Part shown: one piece after another, positions 9,160-18,822 of the stretch
Numbering within the stretch: position 1 is the first letter of the stretch
How the letters are laid out: each line of letters begins with the position of its first letter
Assembly (NCBI GenBank): GCA_965224245.1
Contig: OZ245046.1
Location: 4,256,001 to 4,320,000 of the forward strand
Direction: 5' to 3'
Length of the DNA: 64,000 nt
From: Candidatus Eiseniibacteriota bacterium
GTDB taxonomy: Bacteria; Eisenbacteria; RBG-16-71-46; CAZAMP01
Made by a program: the position numbers and the translations under genes
The notes under the pieces: model-generated
What the model was told of the DNA's origin: nothing
The model's input: only the letters and a program-made list of their open reading frames with translations
Database searches by the model: none

Positions 9160-9723
9160 ATGTCGTCCCGGTTCATGACCCGCGCGATCCTGACGGCGAT
9201 CGCGACGATCACGCTCGGCTGCGCACAGAGCTCGGACTCCGAGACCGGTGGCGACGACGCGGCCGCCACCGCCGAGTCCGCCGCCGAGCCCACCGCCGAG
9301 CCCGTGGACGCGGCCGCGCTGGAGAAGGCCGCGGCCGACCTCGCGGCCGAGATCGAGACCCAGATCACCGCCGGGGCCGCCGGACACGCGTGGCGATTCG
9401 GTCAGAGCGACGTGGAGTGCGAGGAGCTGACCGCCGCGGTCCTGAACGCCAGTCCGGCCGACTACGCCGACGTGAAGGTCCGCATCCGGGGAACGGTCGC
9501 CGCGGTCTGCCAGGCCCGCGGCTGCTGGGTTCAGGTGGAGGATTCCAGCGGCGAGGCGCTCTTCGCCAAGAGCTTCGACCATCGGGTGCTGATGCCCAAG
9601 AACTGCGAAGGCATGGAGATCGACGTCGTGGGCACGATGTACGCCGATCCGGTCGAGGACGGCGAGGAGCAGACGTACTCGTTCTCGCTCGACGGGGCCA
9701 CCCTGGTCGCGCCCGAGGGCTAG
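9160..9723 (+). CDS. DUF4920-like lipoprotein (OB-fold)
   Basis: AGGAGG RBS, lipobox TLGC, and motif VCQARGCWV. Confidence 0.7.
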   Translation: MSSRFMTRAILTAIATITLGCAQSSDSETGGDDAAATAESAAEPTAEPVDAAALEKAAADLAAEIETQITAGAAGHAWRFGQSDVECEELTAAVLNASPADYADVKVRIRGTVAAVCQARGCWVQVEDSSGEALFAKSFDHRVLMPKNCEGMEIDVVGTMYADPVEDGEEQTYSFSLDGATLVAPEG

Positions 9724-9772
9724 CGCGGCGAGGTTGCCCCCCGGCGCCGACGGCTCGATCGACTAGACCGGC

Positions 9773-12499
9773 TCAGCGCGCGGACGCCGGTGGTCCGGGC
9801 GCGCGCCCGCGCGCGACCACAAAGCCGTAGACGGTGAGCAGCGCCACCACGCCCATCAGGATCATCGACGACGCACCGTGCCACGCTCCGAACGCCAGGC
9901 TCGTGGGCCCGATCGTGAGCGTCAGGTACACGAAGAACTGCGTGACCAGTGCCAGGAGCCCCAGCCTGAGCATGATCCCGATCCAGATGGACACCTGAAG
10001 GAACGACGCGACCGCGGCCACGATCTCGTTCCCCCCGAACACCCCGAGACGCAGCGAGAACGCGATCGTCATGATCAGCGTCAACAGCCCGATCGCGATC
10101 CACTGCTTGCGCACGACGACCTGCAGGATGAACGGCATCACCACGAAGAAGAACCCGTTGATCAACGCCGTCGGAAACCCACCGATCAGGAACGCGAGCG
10201 TCCGACCGGGGCTGGTCATGGTGCTGAACTGCGTCGAGGCGAGATAGGCCGGGAGCGAGCTCTCGAGGCCGAGCTGCTGGGGCAGGAGCGCGTGCACCGC
10301 GTCCAGGAGATACACGATCAGCCCGAAGAGCGACCCCAGGAGCACGCTCCGGCCCACCAGGGGATCCCGGTGACGACCGGCCAGCGCCCGCGACCAGGCC
10401 ACGATCCGCTCGGGGGCCTCCCGGCGCACGTACGGCTCGAGCGCCGCGTAGAGCACCCACACGAACCCACCCAGGAACAGCGCCGATCCGGCAGCGGTCG
10501 TGATCTGACCCCACTCCGAGGTGAGCGCCGACACGTGATGCGCGCTCAGCGCCCACGAGGCGAAGCTCGTGATCGACGCGATCACCGCCAGGCGTGACGC
10601 GCCCCGCCAGTCGCCGCGCCGCAGCTTGTGGTGACGGCGGACGAGATAGGCCGCCCCCACGATCACCAGCAACACGACGATCACGATGATGTTGAGGCCG
10701 AGTCGGGCCCGGCCCGGCACCAGGCTGGCCACCACACGGCTGGGCCGGCTCCAGGGACTGACCACGTCGAAGAACGTGATACCCTCGCCGGCCGTTCCGA
10801 CATCGACGCGGCGCGCGCTCGCGGAGTCGGCGCCCACCTCGAACCAGGACTCCAGCGCATCGCAGTAGAGGTGCGGGTTCAACACCGGCGCTCCCCGCTC
10901 GAAGCGACTCTGATCGAGTCCGGCGGCGTCGAAGAGCCTCGAGATCCGCGCGTCCAGATCGGCGCGGGCGGCGGCGTCGAGGGCACGCCCCTCGCTGGAG
11001 TCACGCACGGCGTCGGCCACGCACTCCAGACCGACCAGGCTGCCGTCGAGCCCCAGACCCACCCGCGTCATGCCCTCCCAGTACATCGTGGGGTCGTTGA
11101 TCGTGACGTAGCCCTCGCCGCCCTCGGCGACGAGGGGCCGCGGGCTCGAGCGATACCAGAATTGCACGGCGGCGGGCACCGCGCGGGCGACGCTGTCCCG
11201 GAGACTCGTGCGCGTGTCGGCGGATCCGAGCGCCAGCAGGATGGTCTGGCTCATGCGGTAGCCCGCCCGCTCGTCGGCGACCGGGGGCTGGATGCCCGCC
11301 TCGGCGAGCAGATCCCGCGCGCGCTCGACGAGGACATCGTGTCGCTTCCCGTCGGGGAACGCCGTGAAAACCCGTGTGTGCTCGGTGGATCGTCCCGCGA
11401 GGAAGAGGAGGGCGAGCGTGACCAGAAACACCGACCAGGCCACCGCCGGCGAGAGCCGGCCGATGACGTCCGCGGCGGCCACCGCCTCGGGGGACGGGGT
11501 CTCCCCGGCCGCCAGGGCGGCCGCCAGCGGATCGCCGCCGGGGAGCGCCGCGGCCACCGCCAGCGCCGACTCGGGGCGCCGCGTCGGGTCGGGGTCGAGG
11601 CACCGGTGGAGCACGGCCTCGACGAGCGGATCGATGTCGAGCCCGGTCGACGTCGTGGAAAGCTCGGTGGGCCGCGAGTGCAGGCGCGAGAGCTCGTCGA
11701 TCGAGTCGGCGTCGTACAGGCGCTGGCCGGTCAGCACCTCGTGCAGCACCAGACCCAGCGAGTAGATGTCGCTCTGGACCGAGACCGACTCGCCCCGGAG
11801 CTGTTCGGGGGCCATGTAGACCGGCGTTCCCGCGCGGATCTCCCGCTCGTCGAGCTCGGCCGACGCCGTGGCGAGACCGAAGTCGGTGATCCGGGCGTTT
11901 CCGTCGCCGTCCAGCATCACGTTGGCCGGCTTCAGGTCGCGGTGCAGCACGGATTTCTTGTGGGCGGCGGCCAGCCCCGCGCAGACCTGGCGCGCGATGT
12001 CGATCGCCTTGTCCCGCGGCAGCCGGCCGATCCGGCGCAACAGCGACGAGAGGTCCTCGCCGTCGATGTACTCCATCGACAGGTAGTAGTGCCCGTCGCT
12101 CTCGCCGATGTCGTACACGCGGCACACGTTCGGGTGGGAGATCTGGCGGGCGATCCGGACCTCGTTCAGGAAGCGCTCCAGGCGCTCGGGACTCGAAGCC
12201 AGGGCCGGCGGGAGGAACTTCAGCGCGACCGGGTGATTGAGCGTCAGGTCGTCGGCCCGGTACACCTCGCCCATGCCCCCCCGCCCCAGGAGACCGATGA
12301 TGCGATAGCGGCCCGCGAACACGGATCCGGCCGTGAAGCGCACGCCGGGGCCCGGCGCGACCCCGTGCGCGGGCGCGCCGGACGAGGCGATCGTCTCGGC
12401 CATCGACGTCTCGCTGACCGACGATCCGCAGACGCCGCAGAATCGTGCGCCGGAGGGGACGTCGGTGCCGCACGTCGGGCATGTCGCGTGATCGGGCAT
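9773..12499 (-). CDS. Hanks-type Ser/Thr kinase with N-terminal zinc ribbon and multi-pass membrane C-terminus
   Basis: CPTC...CGVC; GRGGMGEV, VALK, HRDLKPAN, DFG, APE and DIYSLG; then one TM, an extracytoplasmic segment and several TMs. The true start is MPDHATC, not the 1294-aa ORF start. Confidence 0.92.
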   Translation of the reverse strand: MPDHATCPTCGTDVPSGARFCGVCGSSVSETSMAETIASSGAPAHGVAPGPGVRFTAGSVFAGRYRIIGLLGRGGMGEVYRADDLTLNHPVALKFLPPALASSPERLERFLNEVRIARQISHPNVCRVYDIGESDGHYYLSMEYIDGEDLSSLLRRIGRLPRDKAIDIARQVCAGLAAAHKKSVLHRDLKPANVMLDGDGNARITDFGLATASAELDEREIRAGTPVYMAPEQLRGESVSVQSDIYSLGLVLHEVLTGQRLYDADSIDELSRLHSRPTELSTTSTGLDIDPLVEAVLHRCLDPDPTRRPESALAVAAALPGGDPLAAALAAGETPSPEAVAAADVIGRLSPAVAWSVFLVTLALLFLAGRSTEHTRVFTAFPDGKRHDVLVERARDLLAEAGIQPPVADERAGYRMSQTILLALGSADTRTSLRDSVARAVPAAVQFWYRSSPRPLVAEGGEGYVTINDPTMYWEGMTRVGLGLDGSLVGLECVADAVRDSSEGRALDAAARADLDARISRLFDAAGLDQSRFERGAPVLNPHLYCDALESWFEVGADSASARRVDVGTAGEGITFFDVVSPWSRPSRVVASLVPGRARLGLNIIVIVVLLVIVGAAYLVRRHHKLRRGDWRGASRLAVIASITSFASWALSAHHVSALTSEWGQITTAAGSALFLGGFVWVLYAALEPYVRREAPERIVAWSRALAGRHRDPLVGRSVLLGSLFGLIVYLLDAVHALLPQQLGLESSLPAYLASTQFSTMTSPGRTLAFLIGGFPTALINGFFFVVMPFILQVVVRKQWIAIGLLTLIMTIAFSLRLGVFGGNEIVAAVASFLQVSIWIGIMLRLGLLALVTQFFVYLTLTIGPTSLAFGAWHGASSMILMGVVALLTVYGFVVARGRAPGPPASAR

Positions 12500-12673
12500 C
12501 GTGAGCCGGGTCCTTCCGCTGGACGGGGGACCGGGGAGTATGCCAGGCGTGAGAGGCCACCGAAAGCCCGTCGAGGGCGGGGCCGCGATCGGCGGAGCGA
12601 GGAGTTTGCACGCGCGCGATCGCGCCCCGTAAACTCCGTCCCCACACGTTCCCCGGCGCCAAGGAGTCCTGTC

Positions 12674-14443
12674 GTGAGGTCGATTCTCGTGGAGCTGTCC
12701 GAGCGCGTTCGCGTCGCCATGTCGGCGGTCGGCGCCGAGGGGGATCCCCTGGTTCACGTCTCGGGCGACGAGCGCTTCGGGGACTACCAGTCGAACTGTG
12801 CGATGGGGCTGGCGAAGACGCTCGGCAAGAAGCCGCGCGAGATCGCCGAGGGCATCGTGGCCGTGCTCGACGTGTCCGACATGTGCGAGCCGCCCGAGAT
12901 CGCGGGGCCGGGGTTCATCAACTTTCGCCTGACGCCCGCGTTCCTGGGCGAGACGCTGTCGGCGCTGCCGTCGGTCTCCGAGCCGGGGGGGCGACGTCTG
13001 GGCATCCCGGAGGTGACGCCGCGGCGAACCGTGGTCATCGACCTCTCGGCCCCGAACCTGGCCAAGGAGATGCACGTCGGCCATCTGCGCTCGACGGTGA
13101 TCGGCGACGCCGCCGCGCGGATCCTCGAGTTCCAGGGCCACAAGGTCATCCGCGAGAACCACGTCGGCGACTGGGGCACGCAGTTCGGGATGCTGGTCGC
13201 CTATCTGCGACGCACCCAGGCCGACGTCCTGCGACGGCTCGACGATCTGGTCATCGCCGATCTCGAGGCGTTCTACGTCGAGGCCAAGGCGCTCTTCGAC
13301 GCCGACGACGGGTTCAAGCGCGAGTCGCAGGAGACCGTCGTGGCGCTCCAGCGCGGCGAGCCCGAGACCCGGCGGGTGTGGAAGGCGTTCTGTGACGAAT
13401 CGCTCCGGCACTGCCACACGATCTATGATCGCCTCGACGTCTCGCTGATCGATCGCGGCGAGAGCTTCTACGAGGACCTGATGCCGATCGTGATCCAGCG
13501 TCTCGTGGACGCCGGCCACGCGGTCGAGAGCGACGGCGCGCTCGTGGTGTACCTCCCCGGATACACGACGAAGAGCGGCGACCCCCTCCCCCTCATCGTG
13601 CGGAAGTCGGACGGGGGCTACAACTACGCGTCGTCCGACCTGGCCACGCTCGTGCATCGGGTGGACGAGCTCGGTGCGTCACGAATCGTGTACGTCGTGG
13701 GGGCCCCGCAGAAGCAGCACCTGGCGATGGTGTTCGCGACCGCCCGCCTGGCCGGGTGGGTCGAGGACGGCGTGTCGCTCGAGCACCTGGCGTTCGGCAG
13801 CATGCTCGGCGCCAACGGCAAGCCCTTCAAGACGCGCGAGGGCGGCACCGTGAAGCTGAAGTCACTCCTCGACGAGGCGGTGGCGAAGGCCCGCGAGGTG
13901 ATCGAGGGGGCCTCCGACGGCCCCCGGCGCGAGCTGAGCGCGTCCCAGGTGGACGAGGTGGCGGAGACGGTCGGCATCGCCGCGATCAAGTACTTCGATC
14001 TCTCGCACGCGCTCACGACCGACTACAAGTTCGACGTGAACACGATGCTGGCGATGGACGGCAACACCGCGCCGTACATGCTCTACGCGTACGCGCGCAT
14101 CCGCTCCATCGGCCGGAACGCGGACGTCGACTTCGACACGCTGCCGCCGCATCCCATCCGCGTCGAGCATCCGACCGAGCTGGCGCTGGCCAAGATGCTC
14201 TGCCGGTTCCGCGACGTCGTGGACCAGATCGGTCACGACATCCGGCCGAACCTCCTGACCGACTACCTCTACGACCTCAGCAAGACGTTCAGCCGATTCT
14301 ACGATCGGAACGTCGGTGTTCGGGTCATCGACGCCGAGGGCGATGACGTCCGCGAGTCGCGCCTCCGGCTCTGCGACGTGACGGCGCGTACGCTGAAGCT
14401 GGGGCTCTCGCTCCTCGGCATCGGCACCGTCGAGCAGATGTGA
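12674..14443 (+). CDS. argS: Arginine--tRNA ligase
   Basis: AAGGAG RBS before GTG; FGDYQSN, PNLAKEMHVGHLRS (HIGH), NHVGDWGTQFG, FKTREG, GNTAPYMLYAYAR and C-terminal VEQM. Confidence 0.97.
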   Translation: MRSILVELSERVRVAMSAVGAEGDPLVHVSGDERFGDYQSNCAMGLAKTLGKKPREIAEGIVAVLDVSDMCEPPEIAGPGFINFRLTPAFLGETLSALPSVSEPGGRRLGIPEVTPRRTVVIDLSAPNLAKEMHVGHLRSTVIGDAAARILEFQGHKVIRENHVGDWGTQFGMLVAYLRRTQADVLRRLDDLVIADLEAFYVEAKALFDADDGFKRESQETVVALQRGEPETRRVWKAFCDESLRHCHTIYDRLDVSLIDRGESFYEDLMPIVIQRLVDAGHAVESDGALVVYLPGYTTKSGDPLPLIVRKSDGGYNYASSDLATLVHRVDELGASRIVYVVGAPQKQHLAMVFATARLAGWVEDGVSLEHLAFGSMLGANGKPFKTREGGTVKLKSLLDEAVAKAREVIEGASDGPRRELSASQVDEVAETVGIAAIKYFDLSHALTTDYKFDVNTMLAMDGNTAPYMLYAYARIRSIGRNADVDFDTLPPHPIRVEHPTELALAKMLCRFRDVVDQIGHDIRPNLLTDYLYDLSKTFSRFYDRNVGVRVIDAEGDDVRESRLRLCDVTARTLKLGLSLLGIGTVEQM

Positions 14444-14444
14444 C

Positions 14445-15638
14445 GTGATCGGCCGCCTGGGCGCATCGCTTCAGGTGACGCTGCTGGTGGGCGGGGCCGG
14501 TGTCGGCTTCGCGCTGTCGATGCTGCTCCTGGCGCGGGTGATGGATCCCGGCGACTTCGGACGCGTGACGCTCGGCATCAGCATCGTGAACGTGGCGTTT
14601 CCGCTGGCGACGCTCGGGCTGGACGGGATCGTCGTGCGGCACCGGCTGACGGCGACGCGGTCGCTTCTCGGACGCGTGGTCCGGACGTCGCTCGCCGTGG
14701 CGCTGCTCGGCGGGATGGTGGCGGCGATCGGCTACGACCTGCCCCGGGCACTCGCGTTCTGGATCGCGCTGGCCATCGCCGGGGGCGGCGTGATGTACCT
14801 CGCGTCGATGCGCTACCAGAGCCTCGAGCAGTTTCCGATCGCGATCACGCTCGGGCAGAGCTCCAACTTCGTCCTCCTGGCCACCGCCGTCGTCGCGCTC
14901 GGCCTGGGGCGGTCCGGCGACACGGGGCCGCTGGCCGCGATCGCGATCGGTCACGTCGTGGCGGCGATCGGCGTGTGGTGGGTCCTCCTCAGGCGCGATC
15001 GCGACGCGCCCGCGCCCCCCTCGACGTGGCGGTGGGGCGAGGCGCTCTCGCTGGCCGGCGCGACCGGGGCGACGCTCCTCCTCTTGCAGCTCGAGCGGCT
15101 GCTCGTGCCCCACGTGCTGGATCTGGATCGACTGGCCGAGCTCGGCGTCATCGCGGCGGTCGTGCTGAGCCCGTACCGGATGCTCCAGAGCGGCGTACAG
15201 AAGAGCCTCCTCCCGCGCCTCCGGAACGCGCCGGACGCCGCGGCCCGGCGCGCGATTCTGACCACCGACCTCCGGGTCGTGTGCGGTCTCCTCGTCGTGG
15301 GGACGCCGCTGGTGTGGGTCCTGACGCCGATCGTGGTGGAGCTGCTGGTCGGGGCGGGCAAGTACCCGGTGGATCGGGCGCTGGTGCTGGCCGCGATCGT
15401 CTCGGGGATCGCCAAGGTGGCCACCGGTGCGGTCGACGCACTCGTGTCGGCGACGCTGGACGCGCGCGGGCTGGCGGTCTGGAACCTCGTCGGCTGGGGC
15501 GGGGTCGCGGTGGCCATCGTCGGGGGCGTCGTGGGCGCAGAGGTGGGCGGGCTGCCGGGCGTGCTCTACGGGGTCGCTCTGGGATGGCTAGGCCGCTCGG
15601 TGAGCGGGATCCGGATGGCGCGCCGGCCACGCCGGTAA
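14445..15638 (+). CDS. Wzx-like polysaccharide flippase / lipopolysaccharide biosynthesis membrane protein
   Basis: About 12 hydrophobic segments and the N-terminal LLLARVMDPGDFG pattern typical of MOP/Wzx proteins. Confidence 0.7.
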   Translation: MIGRLGASLQVTLLVGGAGVGFALSMLLLARVMDPGDFGRVTLGISIVNVAFPLATLGLDGIVVRHRLTATRSLLGRVVRTSLAVALLGGMVAAIGYDLPRALAFWIALAIAGGGVMYLASMRYQSLEQFPIAITLGQSSNFVLLATAVVALGLGRSGDTGPLAAIAIGHVVAAIGVWWVLLRRDRDAPAPPSTWRWGEALSLAGATGATLLLLQLERLLVPHVLDLDRLAELGVIAAVVLSPYRMLQSGVQKSLLPRLRNAPDAAARRAILTTDLRVVCGLLVVGTPLVWVLTPIVVELLVGAGKYPVDRALVLAAIVSGIAKVATGAVDALVSATLDARGLAVWNLVGWGGVAVAIVGGVVGAEVGGLPGVLYGVALGWLGRSVSGIRMARRPRR

Positions 15639-15793
15639 CTAACTGTTTAAAACAACTTGGACGACATCCGGGCCCTGGCGCGCCGGGGTGGGAGCGAACG
15701 TGCGCAGGACGCGTTGCGTGCTCCGCTCCCGGACCCCGCTTCTCCCCACGACGACCCGAAGCCGACCGACACGACCGACGAAAGGACGACCGC

Positions 15794-16936
15794 ATGCATA
15801 CGACCCATCGCCCGAAGCCGACTCGTCGCTGGCTCGCCTCCGCGGCGGCCGCGATCCTCCTCGTGGGATGCGGGGACGACAGCTCGACCGACCCCGAGCC
15901 CTCCGGTCCCGCGTCCTCCCGCACGACGTTCATCGCCGCGGCCGACGCCACCGTGCGGGCGAGCTTCCCCGACGAGCCCGACGGCACGACCGGCGTCCTG
16001 GAGGTGCGCGACGGCGTCGAGACGTATCTCCGCTTCGACCTCTCGGGGCTGCCCGAGGAGGCGGTGATCAGCTCGGCGACGCTCCGCCTGGTGGCCTTCA
16101 GCGGCACCGGCGGCGGGGACCTCCTGGTGCTGTACGTACCGAACGACACCTGGGAGGAGGAGACCCTCACCGACAACAACAAGCCCAACTCCACCGGCGA
16201 GCCGCTCGGTGCGCTCACGCTCCCGGCATCGGTGAGCGGGGACGCCGTGATCGAGCTCACGTCCGATCTCCTGTCGACCGATGCCCAGCACGAGTCGTTC
16301 GGTCTGAACCGGATCCTCTCGCTGAAGGTGATCTCGTTCGGCGACGTGGCCGAGATGCACTCGCGCGAGGCCTCCATCGGCGTACGGCCCCGACTCGAGG
16401 TCACGTTTCGCACGGGCACGACCGCGATCATGGAGCCCGTCGCCGATTCGTGGGTGAGCCTGGGATCCCCCACGACGAACTTCGGATCCGACACGACGTT
16501 CCAGGTCGATCGCGGCAACCAGCGCGCGTTCCTCCGGTTCGATCTCGGCATGGTGCCCGCGAACGCGATCGTCGGTGGCGTCGCGCTCACCGCTCACACG
16601 TACGCGGGCTATGCGTGGGGTGGCGACGGCAACGTGTACACACGCTTCGTTCCCGACGACAGCTGGACCGAGACCGGGCTCACGTGGGACAACCAGCCGG
16701 ACGCCGAGGATACGTATCGCGGCCACTGGTGGCTCTGGTACGACGCGACCCCGTCCGAGAAGACCGGACGCAACGTGGCGACCCAGCTCGTTCCCGTCCT
16801 GCAGGACGAGGTGAGCGGCGATCGGATGCTGTCGATCCGACTGCACTCGCCGGGGTACCGGACCAACTACCACTCGCGGGAGCTGGAGGACGGTTCGCGG
16901 CGGCCGACGCTGGAGATCCTCTACGTCATGCCGTAG
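15794..16936 (+). CDS. Lipoprotein with two tandem DNRLRE/CBM96-like beta-sandwich domains
   Basis: Lipobox LLVGC. Duplicated units ADATV...YLRFDLS...WEEETLT...HSRE...RPRLEV and ADSWV...FLRFDLG...WTETGLTW...HSRE...RPTLEI. Confidence 0.78.
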   Translation: MHTTHRPKPTRRWLASAAAAILLVGCGDDSSTDPEPSGPASSRTTFIAAADATVRASFPDEPDGTTGVLEVRDGVETYLRFDLSGLPEEAVISSATLRLVAFSGTGGGDLLVLYVPNDTWEEETLTDNNKPNSTGEPLGALTLPASVSGDAVIELTSDLLSTDAQHESFGLNRILSLKVISFGDVAEMHSREASIGVRPRLEVTFRTGTTAIMEPVADSWVSLGSPTTNFGSDTTFQVDRGNQRAFLRFDLGMVPANAIVGGVALTAHTYAGYAWGGDGNVYTRFVPDDSWTETGLTWDNQPDAEDTYRGHWWLWYDATPSEKTGRNVATQLVPVLQDEVSGDRMLSIRLHSPGYRTNYHSRELEDGSRRPTLEILYVMP

Positions 16937-16980
16937 CGCACACCCCGCGATCGCCGTGATCCCACGTGGCCGGCGAGCGG

Positions 16981-18726
16981 TCAGTCGTGACCGACGACCG
17001 CTCCGGCCGGCGGACCGAGGAGAAACGGTCCGATCGCCAGGTTGTCGAGCCGACCCTCCTGGAACGATCGGATCGCATCGGCCGGCGTGCAGACGATCGG
17101 CTCCTCGTGCATGTTGAAGCTCGTGTTCACGATGCACGGGATCCCCGATCGCGCCTCGTAGCGGCGGATGATCCGGTGGAAGCTCGGGTTCGCCTCCTCG
17201 TGCACCATCTGCGGGCGGGCCGTGCCGTCCACGTGGACCACCGCGGGGCAGTGCTCCTTCATCCAGTCGGTGCAGTCGAGCGTGATCGTCATGAAACCGG
17301 TGGCGCGGGCCGACGCGTGGTTCCAGTGGAAGAGCTGGTCGGCCGCCGAGGGCAGACAGGCCGGAGCGAACGGCATGAACTCGGTCCGGTGGAGCCGATT
17401 GTTGAGCCATGCGTTCACGCTCGCGTCCTTCGTGTGGTAGAGGATCGAGCGATTCCCGAGCGCGCGCGGTCCGTACTCCATGCGTCCGTCGAACCGGGCC
17501 ACCACGTGTCCCCGGTGCACGAGCTCGGCCACCGCGTCCTCCACGTCGTCCTCGCGGCGGTAGTCGACCCCCGCGTCCCGGAGTGCAGCCTCGATCTCCG
17601 CGTCGCCGAAGCTCGCGCCGAGGTAGACGTCCGCGAAGTACGGCGTCCGGCGGTCGAGCGTCGCGCCGTCGCGCGCCAGGTACGCGGCGAGGGCGGATCC
17701 GGCCGCCATGCCGCCGTCCCCCATCGCGGGGAACACGTACACCCCGTCGACCTCGTCCAGCTCGGCGATCTTCTGATTCAGCCGCACGTTCGCGAACACG
17801 CCCCCCGACAGGCACACGTGCCGCTGGCCGGATTCGCGCACCCAGTGGTGCACGTACGGCACGACGACCTCCTCGAGATGCGTCTGGATGCTGCACGCGA
17901 GATCTTCGTGCTTCCAGCCGGCGGGTAGCCGCTGCGCGATCCCGTCGACGGCGGTCGTGTGATAGAGGCTCGCGGCATTCGTGATCTGGCCGTCCGCGTA
18001 GGTGACCATCTCGCGGAACATGTCGAGGTATCGGGGCTCTCCGGTGGCGGCCAGTCCGGTGATCTTGCCCTCGTGGATGTTCGCCCGGTAGCCGCAGAGG
18101 TGCGTGACGTATGCGTAGTAATTGCCGATCGAGTGGAAGCTGTCGATGTCGTTCAGGAGACGCATCCAACCGTTCTCGTGCACCCACACCGCACCCGACT
18201 TGTAGTCGCCACCGCCGTCGAGCGAGATCGACACCGCGTTCTCGAAGCCCGACGTCTCGAACGCGGCCAGCGTGTGACACAGATGATGATCGTGATACGA
18301 GATCGGCGCGGTGATCGCGAGCTCCCCGAGCAGACGCTGAACCCCCGCGCGGCGATTGCCGAACGTCGCCCGCTTGAGCGCGCGGTAGACCGCGAACGCG
18401 GGCGGAAACCTGCCGAGCGGCTTGGCCAGGGAGGCGCTGAGCTTCATCTGGATGCTCGTCATCCCGGAGTGCTCGCGAAACCAGCCCTCGTTCGGGATCG
18501 GCTCGGGAATGTGCTCCTCGACGACCGAGGCCATGCCGACCTCGTCGACGTCGCGGGGACCGACGCCACCGAGACGGAGCACCTCCTGGATCGCCATCCT
18601 CGGGAACCCGATGGACATCTTCATCCGGTTGAGACGTTCGTCGTTCACCGCGGCCACGATGCGACCGTCGACCAGCAGCACCGCGCCCGCGTCGTCGCCG
18701 TCGGTTATACCGAGAATGACCGCCAT
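16981..18726 (-). CDS. Carbamoyltransferase (NodU/CmcH family)
   Basis: DERLNRMK, HDHHLCH, DGGGD, EGKITGLA, GGVFANV, MEYGPRALGNRS, HVDGTARPQ and NTSFNMHEEPIV. Confidence 0.93.
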   Translation of the reverse strand: MAVILGITDGDDAGAVLLVDGRIVAAVNDERLNRMKMSIGFPRMAIQEVLRLGGVGPRDVDEVGMASVVEEHIPEPIPNEGWFREHSGMTSIQMKLSASLAKPLGRFPPAFAVYRALKRATFGNRRAGVQRLLGELAITAPISYHDHHLCHTLAAFETSGFENAVSISLDGGGDYKSGAVWVHENGWMRLLNDIDSFHSIGNYYAYVTHLCGYRANIHEGKITGLAATGEPRYLDMFREMVTYADGQITNAASLYHTTAVDGIAQRLPAGWKHEDLACSIQTHLEEVVVPYVHHWVRESGQRHVCLSGGVFANVRLNQKIAELDEVDGVYVFPAMGDGGMAAGSALAAYLARDGATLDRRTPYFADVYLGASFGDAEIEAALRDAGVDYRREDDVEDAVAELVHRGHVVARFDGRMEYGPRALGNRSILYHTKDASVNAWLNNRLHRTEFMPFAPACLPSAADQLFHWNHASARATGFMTITLDCTDWMKEHCPAVVHVDGTARPQMVHEEANPSFHRIIRRYEARSGIPCIVNTSFNMHEEPIVCTPADAIRSFQEGRLDNLAIGPFLLGPPAGAVVGHD

Positions 18727-18822
18727 GTCAGTCTGACACCCTCATCGAGTTGGATGTGGCCGACCCCGGGTCGACATCACCGGCCACGTACCCCGCCGTG
18801 GCCGCGCGTGAGCACCCCGCGT

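Noticed and set aside
10628-12673. N-terminal extension of the 1271-aa ORF, an apparent giant ArgRS fusion
   Set aside because: It is antisense to the kinase; argS has its own RBS and GTG at 12674.
12500-13657. N-terminal extension of the 1294-aa kinase ORF
   Set aside because: It is the antisense shadow of argS; the kinase plausibly starts at ATG 12499.
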